A DNA stretch of 63,180 nt, the filler included, from Reticulomyxa filosa (lineage: Eukaryota > Protista > Foraminifera), in the NCBI GenBank assembly GCA_000512085.1. It is 15 parts of 15 records of this genome, joined end to end, with 100 filler letters (N's around TTAATTAATTAA, not from the genome) between each part and the next. Parts side by side here need not be neighbours in the genome. Positions count along the whole stretch, not along the records: positions 34,805 to 37,924 come from ASPP01009120.1; positions 38,025 to 40,236 come from ASPP01027612.1; positions 40,337 to 41,543 come from ASPP01016302.1; positions 41,644 to 50,874 come from ASPP01025929.1; 11 more parts are not named here. The stretch is one strand, 5' to 3'. Shown piece after piece: positions 36,873 through 49,591 of this stretch; within the stretch, counting starts at the first letter, position 1; each line of letters begins with the position of its first letter. A model generated the notes under the pieces. The model made no database searches. It saw nothing but the letters and a program-made list of their open reading frames with translations, and was not told the DNA's origin. Made by a program: the position numbers and the translations under genes.

Positions 36873-37601
36873 CTAAATTTTGCGAGTCAAAAATAAAGCA
36901 AAAGTTGGAGCCGTTGCATCTATTTCTACGTGACGACGATTTTGTCTTTCGCAAATCTTTGTTTGAGCCATCTTTATCATTTCGCTCAAGTCATGTTTCT
37001 TGTAAAATGACATAAATGCTTCATTTAAGTAGTATGAGGGTGTTACCGAATCAGGAATCAATGATCCGACAACAGTCGATCGAATCATGACAAATTCGTC
37101 ATTTGTGTTTGTGAAAGTAATTTTTGTGTCAAAAGAATTTGTAGGGCTGAAAGCTTTTACATTGGCTGTGAGAGATTCATTACCATCGATGTATGTGTTG
37201 AGAATGAATAATTTAGGAAAACCAAGGAACGGTGTAAGCGTTTGACCACTAAACTTGTTTCGAATTGTTTCAATTTTGACACAATTGCCATCACTTGCAA
37301 TCAACTCATCACTAGTGGTGGCATGTCCACATATGATAACAATCAAGCCGTCAAACTGCTTGGGATTCTTATCGAGCTCAAAAGTTGATATCACTTCGTC
37401 CAAGAATTTTAACACATCATCGGCAGTAGCTACATCACCACATTGCACAACTTCATAGTGCAACTCCTCTTTAAAAAATCGGGTAAAATTTGGAGCATCC
37501 TTCGTTTTTACCTGCTCTAATGACGACAAGGCATTGTACTTGCTGAGGCATATCATCAGCACCAGTGCATTTTTTATCACTTTTTCGCGTCTCTGTGTCA
37601 T
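36873..37601 (-). CDS. Caspase-like (peptidase C14) domain lacking the catalytic Cys
   Basis: NALVLMICLSKY, FDGLIVIICGHA (His site), LIASDG..V.I..IR..F, FPKLFILNTY (position of xACRG), DEFVMIRST..G. A possible upstream exon lies at ~37740-37865. Confidence 0.82.
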   Translation of the reverse strand: MTQRREKVIKNALVLMICLSKYNALSSLEQVKTKDAPNFTRFFKEELHYEVVQCGDVATADDVLKFLDEVISTFELDKNPKQFDGLIVIICGHATTSDELIASDGNCVKIETIRNKFSGQTLTPFLGFPKLFILNTYIDGNESLTANVKAFSPTNSFDTKITFTNTNDEFVMIRSTVVGSLIPDSVTPSYYLNEAFMSFYKKHDLSEMIKMAQTKICERQNRRHVEIDATAPTFALFLTRKI

Positions 37602-37924
37602 TCACAGGTCACACAAAAAAAAATTTCAAAATAGCAACAACGAATTAAAAAAAAAAAAAACAATATCACCCTCACAAACTACTTTCAACAATAACAAAAA
37701 AATTTTTTAATTGACTCGTTGGTATAATTGTTAATGACTTGATGAATTAATTTGGAGTTGTTGTCATCCAACTGTGTTATCTTGTGAGGCTGGCGGTCAT
37801 GAATGTCCTCCATCTTTTTGTCCAGTTTCACTTCTTCTTTCGTTTCCTCTCGTTTTGTGTTGACGTCTATTCTTTTTTCCTTTTTTTTTTTTTTTTTTCA
37901 ATTAAAAAAAAAAAAAAAAAAAAA

Positions 37925-38024
37925 NNNNNNNNNNNNNNNNNNNNNNNNNNNNNNNNNNNNNNNNNNNNTTAATTAATTAANNNNNNNNNNNNNNNNNNNN
38001 NNNNNNNNNNNNNNNNNNNNNNNN
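37925..38024. other. Artificial contig-joining spacer
   Basis: N44-TTAATTAATTAA-N44. Confidence 0.99.
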
Positions 38025-38028
38025 AAAA

Positions 38029-38067
<39 letters not shown>

Positions 38068-38158
38068 TAATGAAATCAAATTAGAATAGCAAATTCCATA
38101 ATAACATACACTAAACCATACAAACAAATATCCAGATATCCGAGTTAACGAATGACAG

Positions 38159-39560
38159 CGTTCACACAGAGTTGGCATATTTGCGCTTTTGCAATAAGTA
38201 CTTGGAGAGACTATCGCCGTATGACATTCGTCGTCGCGTGCGGGTATTAACACTTATGGCTATGATCATCGACATTGATTCTCGCTCAGGCCACAATTAC
38301 AATAATAAATTCAATTTGGAAAACTGCACCGTCATTGATGCAGCTACAGTTTTGGCAAAAAAATGACACACATATACATATATACATATATGCGTATGTA
38401 TATGTGTATGTATATGTATATATGCATATGCATATAAAAAAACAATTGTATGTATGTATGTGACGCCAATAAACAAACAGAAAGATTTTCGAAACGTTGA
38501 CCAAGCATTATACAACGCATCTTGGTCGATTCAAAACTTGTTTCGAGATCCTCGTAGCGTGCTGAGCACACGACGAACGGATGAGTTTAAAACGTTCAAA
38601 GACAACTTGCGGACGGTGCTGGACTACTTTGAGCAAAACCGAATCCAAGAGATGGACGCGCTGCAGCATTACAAGTCGAAAGAGGAAAGCACGGCGCGTG
38701 GATGTTGGACGACATGTCCAATGGCAACTTCAAATATCTCACCAATTGCAATTTGTTCGCCTTGCAGTTGTCCGACCCGACCATTCGTCGAAATATTTTG
38801 GTCCAAACGCTCATTTTTGTCATTCCCATATTGTGGTAAGCAAAACACATTATATCTCAATGTGTTTGTAAATACAACATACACACAAACACAATATTGG
38901 CAAAGAATGCTCCATGGGACCGCAAACCCTTGAGTGCCATGTCGACAGAAGAGGACAAGAAATGGTTCGAAGAGACACACAAACGTGTGTTGACGAAACT
39001 CTTACCTGGATCCCTCCCAATGGCAGCAATTTCGCCACTCTCGTCAAAGGGATGTTGGACACCGATTACAATTTGCTGTAGTGAAAATACAGCGACGGCG
39101 ACAAGGCCAGCGACTCAAAAGACAAGGACGGCGATTGCTGCTTACAGATGAAAAAACCACCGACCTGGATTTGACCAAATACATTTCTGCACATGAGCAT
39201 GACTTGGAGTTACCAGTGTTGGAAAGATTAAAAGTTTCAAATAATACATATAATACATATAATACATATATATATCTTATTCTAACCAAAACAATAACAA
39301 ACAAATGAAAATAGGAATGATCCAACGAATAATGGAAACAATGAAACGAACGTCACGTTATATTTACAGAAAAACAACTAACTGCTGTCCAAACAAGACA
39401 AGCTGTTTTTTGGTGGATCGTGTGAAAGACCACCAATTGTGGAAGTCGGAGAGTCATTTTGGAAAGAGACATTCGGTGACAGTCTGTAAGAAATACACTA
39501 TGCTGCAATCCTGGCACAGCGACACTGAGTATGCCGAGGCCATCGAAAGGAATCAGTAGG
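38159..39560 (+). pseudogene. THOC1: THO complex subunit 1 (THOC1/Hpr1) disrupted copy, with introns
   Basis: YLRFCNKYLERLS, SGHN...FNLENCTV, VDQALYNASWSIQNLFRDP, FKYLT..LFALQLSDPTIRRNILVQ, PNGSNFATLVKGML. At least 2 frameshifts plus adjacent in-frame TAG TGA at 39079-39084. Confidence 0.8.
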
Positions 39561-40200
39561 TAATCTTTTAGTCAACTGGCGGCGATCACGCACAACATGA
39601 AAGAGTTTGGCATGCAAAACAGTATGATATTGTTTTTTTTAGACCGCCAAAGTCTCGACCCCGAAAAGAAGAATAATCCTGAAAGCGATGCATTGGGGAA
39701 TCTTTATACAATCCACGGCAGTGTCTCAAGGCGACAAGTCGCTTCAATATATACAACTGATTTCGTCGATACAAACACAAATAGGTATCATGACGAGTGA
39801 GATAGCCAACCCCGTCGATATCTTCCATTTCTTTCATCAACAACATCACCGATACATCTTTCAGCTAGCAGTCGCAAACGCAGAGTCAGTCACAAATACA
39901 ACGACCTGCACAATCACGATCATCGCAGCCTCAGTTGCAATCGCATCGCAATCGCAGTTACCACTTCAATCTCAATCACAAGCTCGCTTGTCATTTCACT
40001 CATTCACATCCTTATTCACCACAACTACGATTGCAGTCACAATCCCAGATGCAATTGTAATCTGATTGCTGATCATTTCTACACTTGTGCCTCCATGCCA
40101 TTAATACAAATATATTATTTAAATAAATTGTGTTGTTTTTGCATAGGATTAGGTCCTGGTTATTGTTATCACATTGGAAAAAATCAGTGATGTTGGGGTT

Positions 40201-40236
<36 letters not shown>

Positions 40237-40336
40237 NNNNNNNNNNNNNNNNNNNNNNNNNNNNNNNNNNNNNNNNNNNNTTAATTAATTAANNNNNNNN
40301 NNNNNNNNNNNNNNNNNNNNNNNNNNNNNNNNNNNN
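40237..40336. other. Artificial contig-joining spacer
   Basis: N44-TTAATTAATTAA-N44. Confidence 0.99.
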
Positions 40337-40429
40337 TTTTTTTTTTTTGTCTGTCAAAATTAGTGTAAGCATGACAAGGCAAACCTACCACAAATCGTCA
40401 GGTTTTGTTGTGTTGTGTTTTGTTTTGTT

Positions 40430-41350
40430 TTTTGGACGAAAGAAACAGTTGTCGACAAAACGGTGAAAAACAGATGTTTACAACCCGTTCGCTTGCAAAA
40501 TCCGACAAAATTTTCCTCCATTCAAAGAAATATTTTGCAACGAAGAAAAAGAATATGACAAAGGGAGTGATAACGACAAAAAGACAAGAGAAGTGAGAAC
40601 AAGACAAGGCGAAAAATTTGATGACGAGACAATGGCAGAAACAGGTGGCGCATGGAAAACAGGAACTCCGAAATTGTCGCGTCAGGAACAAAAGACTGGC
40701 AACAAAGAAGCAGCAGACATTCCACTTTTACTGTTTACACCAAACGCACACAACCAACGAGTGGAAGAGGCATCGCCCGCGCCAATGGATAAAAACGCAT
40801 TAAAACTGAAAGAATGTAAAGAGTTTGAAATCGTCTTTCCAAAAACGCCGCCTTCGTCGGCGTTCAGCATGCAATCTTTCCATTCATTCGCCACCCAATC
40901 TTTTTTTGACAACCGTTCCTTCTCCACCACACCTTGTGTATGTGCGTTATGTAAGCAATATACCTTGATCATTTGATATGCTTTATATATACATAAACAT
41001 AATATACACATACATATATGTATACATATATATGTATATGTATATGCATGTATATAAAGTACTTTTTTTTTTTTTTTTAGACAAAGAAATCTCCGCAAGT
41101 ATTATATGATCCAAATACGAGCGCTTTTCCGGCAGAAATGAAGAACAGAAAATGTGCACCGGAACTGGGCAAGTCGCGCAAGTCCGAAAGTGTGTTTGGT
41201 ACAAAGGCGAAGGGACGGAGGCGCGCGGAACAAAACGAGATGGATTTCGGCTTGCATTGCGACAACTTTTCATTGCGTAGTGTGGCCACTTCCGTTTCCT
41301 CGTCGCCGTGCATGGCCAACCTCTTTGATAAATTGTGTGACGTGGAGAAC

Positions 41351-41393
<43 letters not shown>

Positions 41394-41543
41394 GACAGCA
41401 GGAACAAAAAAGGGAACAATTCCAATCGTTCACTGAAGGCACATTTGGCAATGTTTCGCAACTCCACTATTCAGCTGCGAAGAAGAGTGCAAATGATGAC
41501 TCCAAAACTATTGATTGGAACTCTGAAGTTGAGTATACGTAAA
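40430..41543 (+). CDS. Hypothetical low-complexity protein fragment with poly-Gln
   Basis: Two GC-richer open blocks separated by a TA-rich GT-AG intron; (CAGCAA)n at ~41351-41392. Confidence 0.45.
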
Positions 41544-41643
41544 NNNNNNNNNNNNNNNNNNNNNNNNNNNNNNNNNNNNNNNNNNNNTTAATTAATTAAN
41601 NNNNNNNNNNNNNNNNNNNNNNNNNNNNNNNNNNNNNNNNNNN
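41544..41643. other. Artificial contig-joining spacer
   Basis: N44-TTAATTAATTAA-N44. Confidence 0.99.
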
Positions 41644-41729
41644 AAAAAATTGAAAGACCCTTTAATTTGTTATAATTTTTCGGGTTTTTTATTTTATTTT
41701 TTTTTGGCAAATACGTATACATAGACTAA

Positions 41730-42572
41730 CCTGTTGGCCAAAATTGAACAGTTAATAAAGGATAGGTACATAACGCAGTGCCAGAGCGCAAAAGGAAATT
41801 AGCAATACGATGGCATCCTGCAAACAAGCACTGCACTGACATACTGGATGATACACTTTGAGTCACATCCCATATTACATGTTCTGCAGGGTCAGGCTTC
41901 TTATCTATCGTGTTCACAGTACATTTTTTTTTTTTTTAAAAAAAAAAGGTTCAAATAAACATGTGTACATGCATTATGCTATATACATACTTATATATGT
42001 ATGTGTGTATATGAAAGTGTGCAAAAACGAACCAGAACAATTCAAATGGACAGTGCCGTCCAATAAGTTGTCGGAATATGGATTGGCAGACACCGAATCC
42101 GTGATTCCCAGTTGAACAACCAAAATGGAAGAGCTGCTTCCTGTTTCTTCGAATAAACTCAAGTTTTGGAAACACGTATAATTTTCATGGACTTTGTACA
42201 CGCCCTTGTCGTGGTTTGAAATCCCATTTTGTGGTACATAATGTAATGGCCCACCACAATTACCCAAGTTTTTGCCGTTTATATTTATTTTACATATTTC
42301 GACGAAGTATTGAAATCTTTTTTTTTTTTTTTTGTTTAATGCTCACACCTCTTGTTTTTATTCCTTCTCTCTCATCATTCTCTCACGTTCTCTTAACCGG
42401 TTAGGACAAAGTCTAACGATAACAATGGATTCTTGCAGTCGCCTTGAATCTCTACTGTATCCGTTACGCTGCATCCCGAAAAGGGGCAACGCATGCGAAA
42501 ACTAAGAGCTTCATTTTGGGTTGGATCGTAGTTTATTGCATGGCTTATTATTATCACTTTTAGTGTGTACAT
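41730..42572 (-). CDS. Hypothetical Cys-patterned repeat protein fragment (probably extracellular)
   Basis: Three coding blocks; internal repeat MRCPFSGC...CKNPLLS vs VQCLFAGC...CTYPLLT. Splice sites not fully resolved. Confidence 0.45.
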
Positions 42573-44465
42573 GGATTTTTTGTTGTTGGTTTTTTGTTTG
42601 TAGTTTAGAGATCATATTTCAGCACAACCTTTCAAAATCTGACAGAAAAAAAAAACATACGAGAATATGAACAGAAAAGCAATAAATCCAAACAACTCAT
42701 GTTAATATTTAATATTTTTTTTTGAAGTTCAAATATACCCTTATGACACAACCAAACACCTCCACTGGTTTCAGATAATAATATGTTTTGCATTTGCTTC
42801 AATTATTTAAAATTACTCACAGAAAATATATTACCTCAGTTAGTTTATTATCAGTTATATTGACTCAGCTTTCAGAATTGGAATATAGTGACACCATCAT
42901 TAACTAAAAATGGAAAATAGTCCGTTTTAAACATATCAAAAGTGGAGGTAGATAATTTGTAAAATATTCACTCATAAAACCATAATGTTCATAGATAATA
43001 TTTTTTTTACTCAAACACAACAAGAGATACAGAAAAGCTTTTCTTGTTAATTTTCAGATAAAATGACTTGAGTGTAAGAAATAAGAAATTGTCTGACACT
43101 TAAATCAAAAAACTTTTAATAGCTAGATATATCTTTAAAAGTAATTGTGTAGAAGAGCTAGAGTTTTTTTTTTAAAGTCGGTTTTTCAATTAAATTATTT
43201 TTACTGTCGAAAGACATTAGAAATAGTTTGTCTAGAAAGTGGGATTGTCAGCGAAAATGAAAGTACACAAATGTCATATTTGCAATATTTAAGTTGGAGA
43301 GTTATTTGAAAAGTTTGACCAAAAGCGCAAAAACAAAAAATTTTTTTGTTTTGTTTGATATGTGGAAAAACAAAAAAAAACATAAGCTGAACTTATTGTT
43401 GTCTGCAGCCGACATGGAGATTTGTGGAATTAAACGATGTTTATAAGTAAATTTGCTAGCGCTCCAAACATTAGCTTTTGTTATTGACTTATTGAATAAT
43501 ACATATTGTATATAAAAACATATGTTTGTTTTTTTTTGCTTTGGCATCGCTATTTGAAAAGTTGACTAAATACTTATGACACATAAAGTTTTTATTGCGA
43601 CTCAATGTGATATTACTTTGGTTATTGCAAGCAAATGTAAATGTAATTTTAAGCTAATTTATATACAAAAAAAAGTTTTTATTGATTGTATTAAAATAAT
43701 AAAACTCAATATATTGGACAATCATTCATATTAATCAACTTATGCACCAAGTATTTGTAATCAAATATATGTTACATAAAAACTATTTGTATCAGAAAGT
43801 ACATTGTCTTGATAAAAAAGATTTGTAGTAAGTAAAAAAAAGCAGATATTATATTTATGTACAAAACTTGAAGATGTTATCACAAACATCTTAAAATGTA
43901 TTTGACAAATAATATACATTTAAGTAATTACAACACATACAACCATTTTATTATTTGTAGTTACTACTTTTGATTTAGTGCCGAACATAATTATTATATT
44001 GATCATCACTTTATATAAATTTTCATGCATCAAACTTTTTTAATTTTAAATTTTTGCAAAGTGAAAATTGCAATTTTACCTTTTTTCTAAAGAAAACATT
44101 TTATGATTAATTGATTCAAGACATGAACTATGAAGTAATTGCAATGTTGAAATGAAAAAAGTTTTTTTGAACGATATTTAAATGAATCAAATATTATCTA
44201 TTCAGCTTCAGTTAAGTTCTTTTTTGAAAAATGTGTTATTAGAAAATATGCTATTTGAATCTCTTGACATTAAAATAGTCAAAAAGATCTTGTCTCAAAT
44301 TTATGCAACCGAACTGCGCAGTTGCTGGAATTAAAAAACAATTTACTAATGCCCTTCCGTACCATACACCATTCTCTAGGCCAAAATAAGTACAATAACA
44401 TTCTTGTTTTCATTAACTTGTTTTTCGGCAATGCTTTCTTCTGCAGTAGCGAACAAGAAAAATTT

Positions 44466-47420
44466 TTATTTAGTCTCTTCAAGATGATCAGTAAAGTCCA
44501 CATCAATGGCTTGTTGAATATGCTCAAACACACGAAATAATTTATTTCGGACAGCTGGTGAATAGTCCTCTGCCATCAGTCTTGCAGAATTGATGTCAAG
44601 GAAGGACTCATTACTTGTCTCGGTAATAGTATTTTTGGGCATAACTTGAAGACTCGGAAAGAAGCCCGGATGACAAACGTAAAATAAGTGGACGTAACCA
44701 TCCTCACCACAAGTGACAAGAGCGTTATTGTTTTCAACGTATTGAATTGAAGTGACAGCCCCATTGTGTGCTTTCCATGAATGCACACAAGTCCAAACTG
44801 TGTTATATGTGGAATTAGAACTGAGATCTTGGTCGATAGGTCTTTGATGCAATGTATTAATCCACCATTGTTTGGAGTCAATCATCGACTGTGTCACCGA
44901 CAATGGCTCCTTGCGATCATTATCAGAAGTGTCACAAGTGGATGTCGACTCTTTTAATGTGGATTCACACCATATTCCAATGTATCCGTTGCTCATTCCA
45001 GCGGCAATAGAATTGACATTGGACATCATTGTCATGCACGTAAACCAATGAGATTTGTTAAGCGATGGGATGATTTGCGTTTGCATAAAGTCATCCATTT
45101 TTTCATTTTTTACCCAAATGCAAATGAAATTATCATGTCCACCACTAAACAAACGGTTATTTTCATCATCTGCGACTAAGAAGTTTACGGTCTTGCTATG
45201 TCCCACTAGTTCTTGCTCGGGAACAGGTGTGCCCAAGTCTTCACTCTGACGCAATTCCAAAATCTTCATATATCCAACACATAAACACACGCACACATTA
45301 GCTTCAGTATGTATGTGCATAAAAGTACTGTATTATTCATACATATTTGTCAATACTGGAAACAAAAATCCTATTGAGGCAGTAGGTCAGTGATAAATTC
45401 CCACTGGTGCTTGTGGTCAAATGCCCTAAAGTGTTACCGCTCGACAAATCAAAAACGCCAATGGTGCCTATTTCCACAACAACGTTTGCTTTTGGAGTTG
45501 GAAAGACAAATTTTCAATGCCAAAGATGGCAGGCAATATGTTATTTATATTTTGGCACGATCACATAACAGTCCATTGAAATCGCAAAGAGAAAGCCTTT
45601 GAGATTCAACGCTTTAAGATCTTGAGCGCCAACAGGCATGCCTTGATTTGCCGCCTTTGTGAATGCTTCGGAGCTGTAGCTGACTTTGTCTGGAGGCAAA
45701 ACAAGAATCGACGTAACGGAGGAGGTAAACAGTGGTGGCAGACTACCAGAGAACTTAAATCTCTGTTCCAGTATTGTGTGCATACATAAACATTGAAATA
45801 TACTAGTCTCAACAAAAAAATAGAAAAATCATTAGTGCACACATTGTACACACTTGTTTATCCGAATCATAGGTAAACAAAATAACATCCCCATACTCAG
45901 TTCCAATGAATAGGATAGCATTATCGCGACAAAAATAGGCCGACTTTGGACGACAAAGTCGTATGAAAAACGAATGCAAAGGTTTTTGGTAGTAATCTAT
46001 TGGATAGCTCTGTGGGTTGTGACCCAATGAAGAAGACGTCACTAGTGTTAGGGCATTAGGCTGTTTCCATTCCTTCAGCTCCAATTTTTCCAATATTTGT
46101 TCTTTTTCGGACGACTGTAGATCCATTTCATTTGTTGTTGCAATCATTGGCTGCTTTTCATCATTGTCAACATCATCATGTTTTTTCTTTTCTACATGAG
46201 TTTCCCACAAGTCCAATTTCCCCAATAAAAACTCTGGCATCGAGTCTTTGCCTTTCTCTTCACCAGTTTTTGCGCTTGTAGTTGGTTGTGGTCTCACCGC
46301 TTCGGCACTACTCAAGGTATTTTCTGGCTTTGCTTCAGGTATGCCGTCGGCACTGCTGCCAGCATTATCGCTTGCATTACTTTTACTTTGAAATAACGAT
46401 TGCCACCAGTGTGGCTTGGTATGATCCGAAGCAATTTCAGATACAGTCAAGAATGTGTTTGGAGTAACAAGTGCCACAAATAGAACTTTCCATTCACGCT
46501 TTTTTTTTTTTTTTTTTTTTGACAACCAATCAAAAACAGACGTCACCTTTTTGTAATACGAAAGAAAAAAATAAAAAAATACAAGTCATTTTTGATTGAG
46601 TGTAACTCACCACTGGTTGGACTGAATTGGAAGACCCCAGCTTTTGGCGAATAATCTGAAGAAAGTTGTTCCAAAATCCATCACTTGTGGTGTCGTCAGA
46701 CGGCACTGCTGTGGACAAAGGATGAAGGGGTGAAGAGTCTTGCTCCGGTAGAGATTCTTGTGCCACATTCTGTTCAGACGACGCTTGAAACGTCGACGAC
46801 AATGCAACTTTGTGCTTGTACTCATTGCATACAAATGTATTCAAATGGATCATTTGATAACGGTACATTTTCGAATCAATGTACTTCGAAAACTCAAAAA
46901 AATTCCACACATCTTTGTCATTCAGTAAGTATCTTCGCTTTGTTATTCCGTCCAAGTACCTTTTTTGGCATAACATAAAACAAGACTCAAACACAAATGC
47001 ACACACATATACAAAAGAGCAAAAATAACACCCTGTCCAAACTTATTAAGGGCATGTTTTCTTTGTTCGATAAAATCTTGGTCAAATTTTTTTCGAAGTG
47101 TTTTTGGTGGCAAACTAGGGAGGCTTTCTCTATCGTACTTCGACTCTAATCTTTTATGGAGGCCTGTTCCAAAATGGTATAAATTTTTTTGGTTTTATTT
47201 TCCTTGTCTATTATCTTTCGTTTAAAAAATAGTGTCTCATCAACTCACCATCAAAGTCTCGAAATCTTCTGTTAATTTCATAGCTCTTGCTAAAGTTTGG
47301 TAGATCAATCGCCACGACGTAAAACGTCACGTTCGACACATTATTTGTGTCATAGGATCGAATAAGAAGCGATGCTGAAAATTTGTCTGGCTTCAGACAT
47401 GTAATCTCTTCCTTAGACAT
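44466..47420 (-). CDS. PX domain + WD40-repeat protein, multi-exon
   Basis: PX: TFYVV, RRFRDFD, LPSLPPK, FIEQRKHALNKYL. WD40: LFIGTEYGDV, LVGHSKTVNFL..LFSGGHDNFICIW, IAAGMSNGYIGIW, KAHNGAVTSI..LVTCGEDGYVHLF. Confidence 0.88.
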
Positions 47421-47673
47421 TTTTTTTTGTCGTACAGAGTTCCTGAGACAAAAGCGTAAAAAAAAACCCTTTTTTTCCTAATTCGGCCAGCCATTGATAT
47501 GAAATTTAATTAATGGCTTTTCTTGGCACTCTTGTCTTTGAACTCTTAATCTTAGAAGCTCGAAAAGAGTTCTATTCTGTGCTAATTGCAATCAAACACG
47601 ATCGGGAAAAGAGAACACATATTTTCAAAAAAAAAGACTTACAAATATTGAAAAATAAAAAACATAACACAGA

Positions 47674-49591
47674 ATGTTACGGCCTTCGATAATATATGGT
47701 GATCAAGAAGCCCTACTTGTTGACGAAAAAATAATACCAGAACCATTGGAAAAAGATGCCAATCAATCAACGACACCTGAGCCTTTGTCAAAAAACGAGA
47801 ATAGCTCGGTAAGCAAGCAAAAGGAGGTAGTAGAGAACGAGGAATGGATGACAGCAGTGAAAAACAAGAAAGAGAAAGATAGCGAAGGAAATGTTGAGCC
47901 AACACAGCACAATAAATGCCGAGTGTGTGTAGGAGGTATAGGATTTATTTTGGTGACAGTGCCAATAACGCTGATCATCTCACTAGTTTTGTCTCCGTTG
48001 CTATTGTATTGGTTGTTTGAAATCCTATGTTGCAACGCAAGTATCAATAAAGATACACTTTATCTAAAAACATGGTCATCAACACCCACCTCCCGAAAGT
48101 CGGAGGCCGTCGTATGTCGCTCACCTATGAATTTGTCAGTCCCAGAGCAGTGCAAGAGCAACAAATACAAGGGAAAGAGGATAAACAAAAAGAAGAAGAA
48201 GAAAAAAGAGAAGCGGAAAAAGAAGAGATAAAAGAAGAAGAGGAAGAGGAAGAAGAAATCAAAGAGATCGATGATCATAACGAAAAATTCAAATCCAATC
48301 TTCTTTCCAAATCTGGCGTGAAAGTGAAAGTAAAACGTCGATTGAAACAAGTGAACGAAATGGAAAGTAGAAAGGAGGTGAAAAGATTGGCGATGGGAAC
48401 CAACGAATTGGTTACGATCTTTGACTCCAGTCTCGTCCATGACAAGCCGCTCAAACATGTACTGATTCTGTTACCTTGTTACGGATTTCATCCCGACCAT
48501 GTCAGCATCCCTTATCACTACTTCACAGACGCCGGCGTACGTATCACTTTCGCGACTCCAAACGGACACACGCCTATGGCTGACTTGCTTGTTTTGAGTT
48601 TGGTCTGTTTGCATCTCTTTGTATAATGCATAGATGTATACGTCTTTTTTTAGTTTTTTATTTGTCAATACATAGACATATACATATATATACATATATA
48701 TACATATATATATGTGTGTGCATAATCCTTTTGTTGTTGCATTACAAATGTTGGTAAGTGTGATTGTATTGATTGACCAGATGGATATCTATTTGGCTTG
48801 CTCTCCGTGAACAAGCTGCACAAAGCGTATTATACAGTAATGACTCAACATCAGTCGTTTCAAAATCCCATTGCTTATAAAGACATTGCATCTCTTTTTG
48901 ATCAATTAGATGCAATCTTAATCCCAGGTATTCGTTTTTGTTTGTCTGTTTGGACTTGAACTCATTAACTTTGTAGTGATATATACATATATTACACATA
49001 TACATTTATACTTATAAGTATATATGTATGACTCTTTTTTTATATATAAATAAAAAAATAAAAAAAAAAGGAGGCCAAGACAGACAAATGGTGACCCTAG
49101 TCAACGAACCCCTAATTCATGAAGCACTTTGTGAGTATTACAACAAACGACATGGCATAATCGCCGCGATTGGACAAGGCGTGAATGCGTTGTGCAACTC
49201 AATCCGCTTTGTGGATCGGAGTGGAGGCAAGTCGCTGTTGTATGGATACAATGTCTGCTGCTTGCCGAAATGGATGGAATATTTGTATTGGTGGCTCACT
49301 TGGCCAATGTATGGAGACTATCATTTGCAAAATACGTATCCAATGACCTCACAACAGATTGCGGAACTTGCCATTTTTGGACAGAACAATGCTCCCTATT
49401 CCGGCCAAGCAGATCGGATTAATCAATTAGTCATTGGAAGTTATAACATATGGCAATTACTGTTCACTGGAAATGAAGACAGGCATCAAACAAGCTGTGT
49501 TTGTGAAGACGAGTGCTTTATCACTGCGAGGTTTGCAGGTGATGTTCACTTATTCTCACAAACTTTTATCCACAAACTATTTCAAGTATAA
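47674..49591 (+). CDS. DJ-1/PfpI-family (class I GATase-like) protein with N-terminal transmembrane segment; catalytic residues substituted
   Basis: HVLILLP..GFHPDHV, AGVRITFATPNG..P.AD, LDAILIPGG, IIAAIGQGV, KSLLYG, FITARFAGD. One frameshift near 48066-48070 and two GT-AG introns. Confidence 0.8.

Noticed and set aside
33643-37601. TPR protein + PX protein + caspase-like gene (and STAND, vWA genes) as an immune gene cluster
   Set aside because: The TPR, STAND and vWA genes are on different contigs separated by spacers; adjacency is an artefact of concatenation.
39079-39084. Stop-codon reassignment (TGA=Trp, TAG=Gln) suggested by in-frame stops in THOC1 and the STAND relic
   Set aside because: Intact genes here end in TAA (H3, CDPK), TAG (ProRS) and TGA (vWA, PHTF-like) and have no internal stops; the interrupted genes also carry frameshifts.
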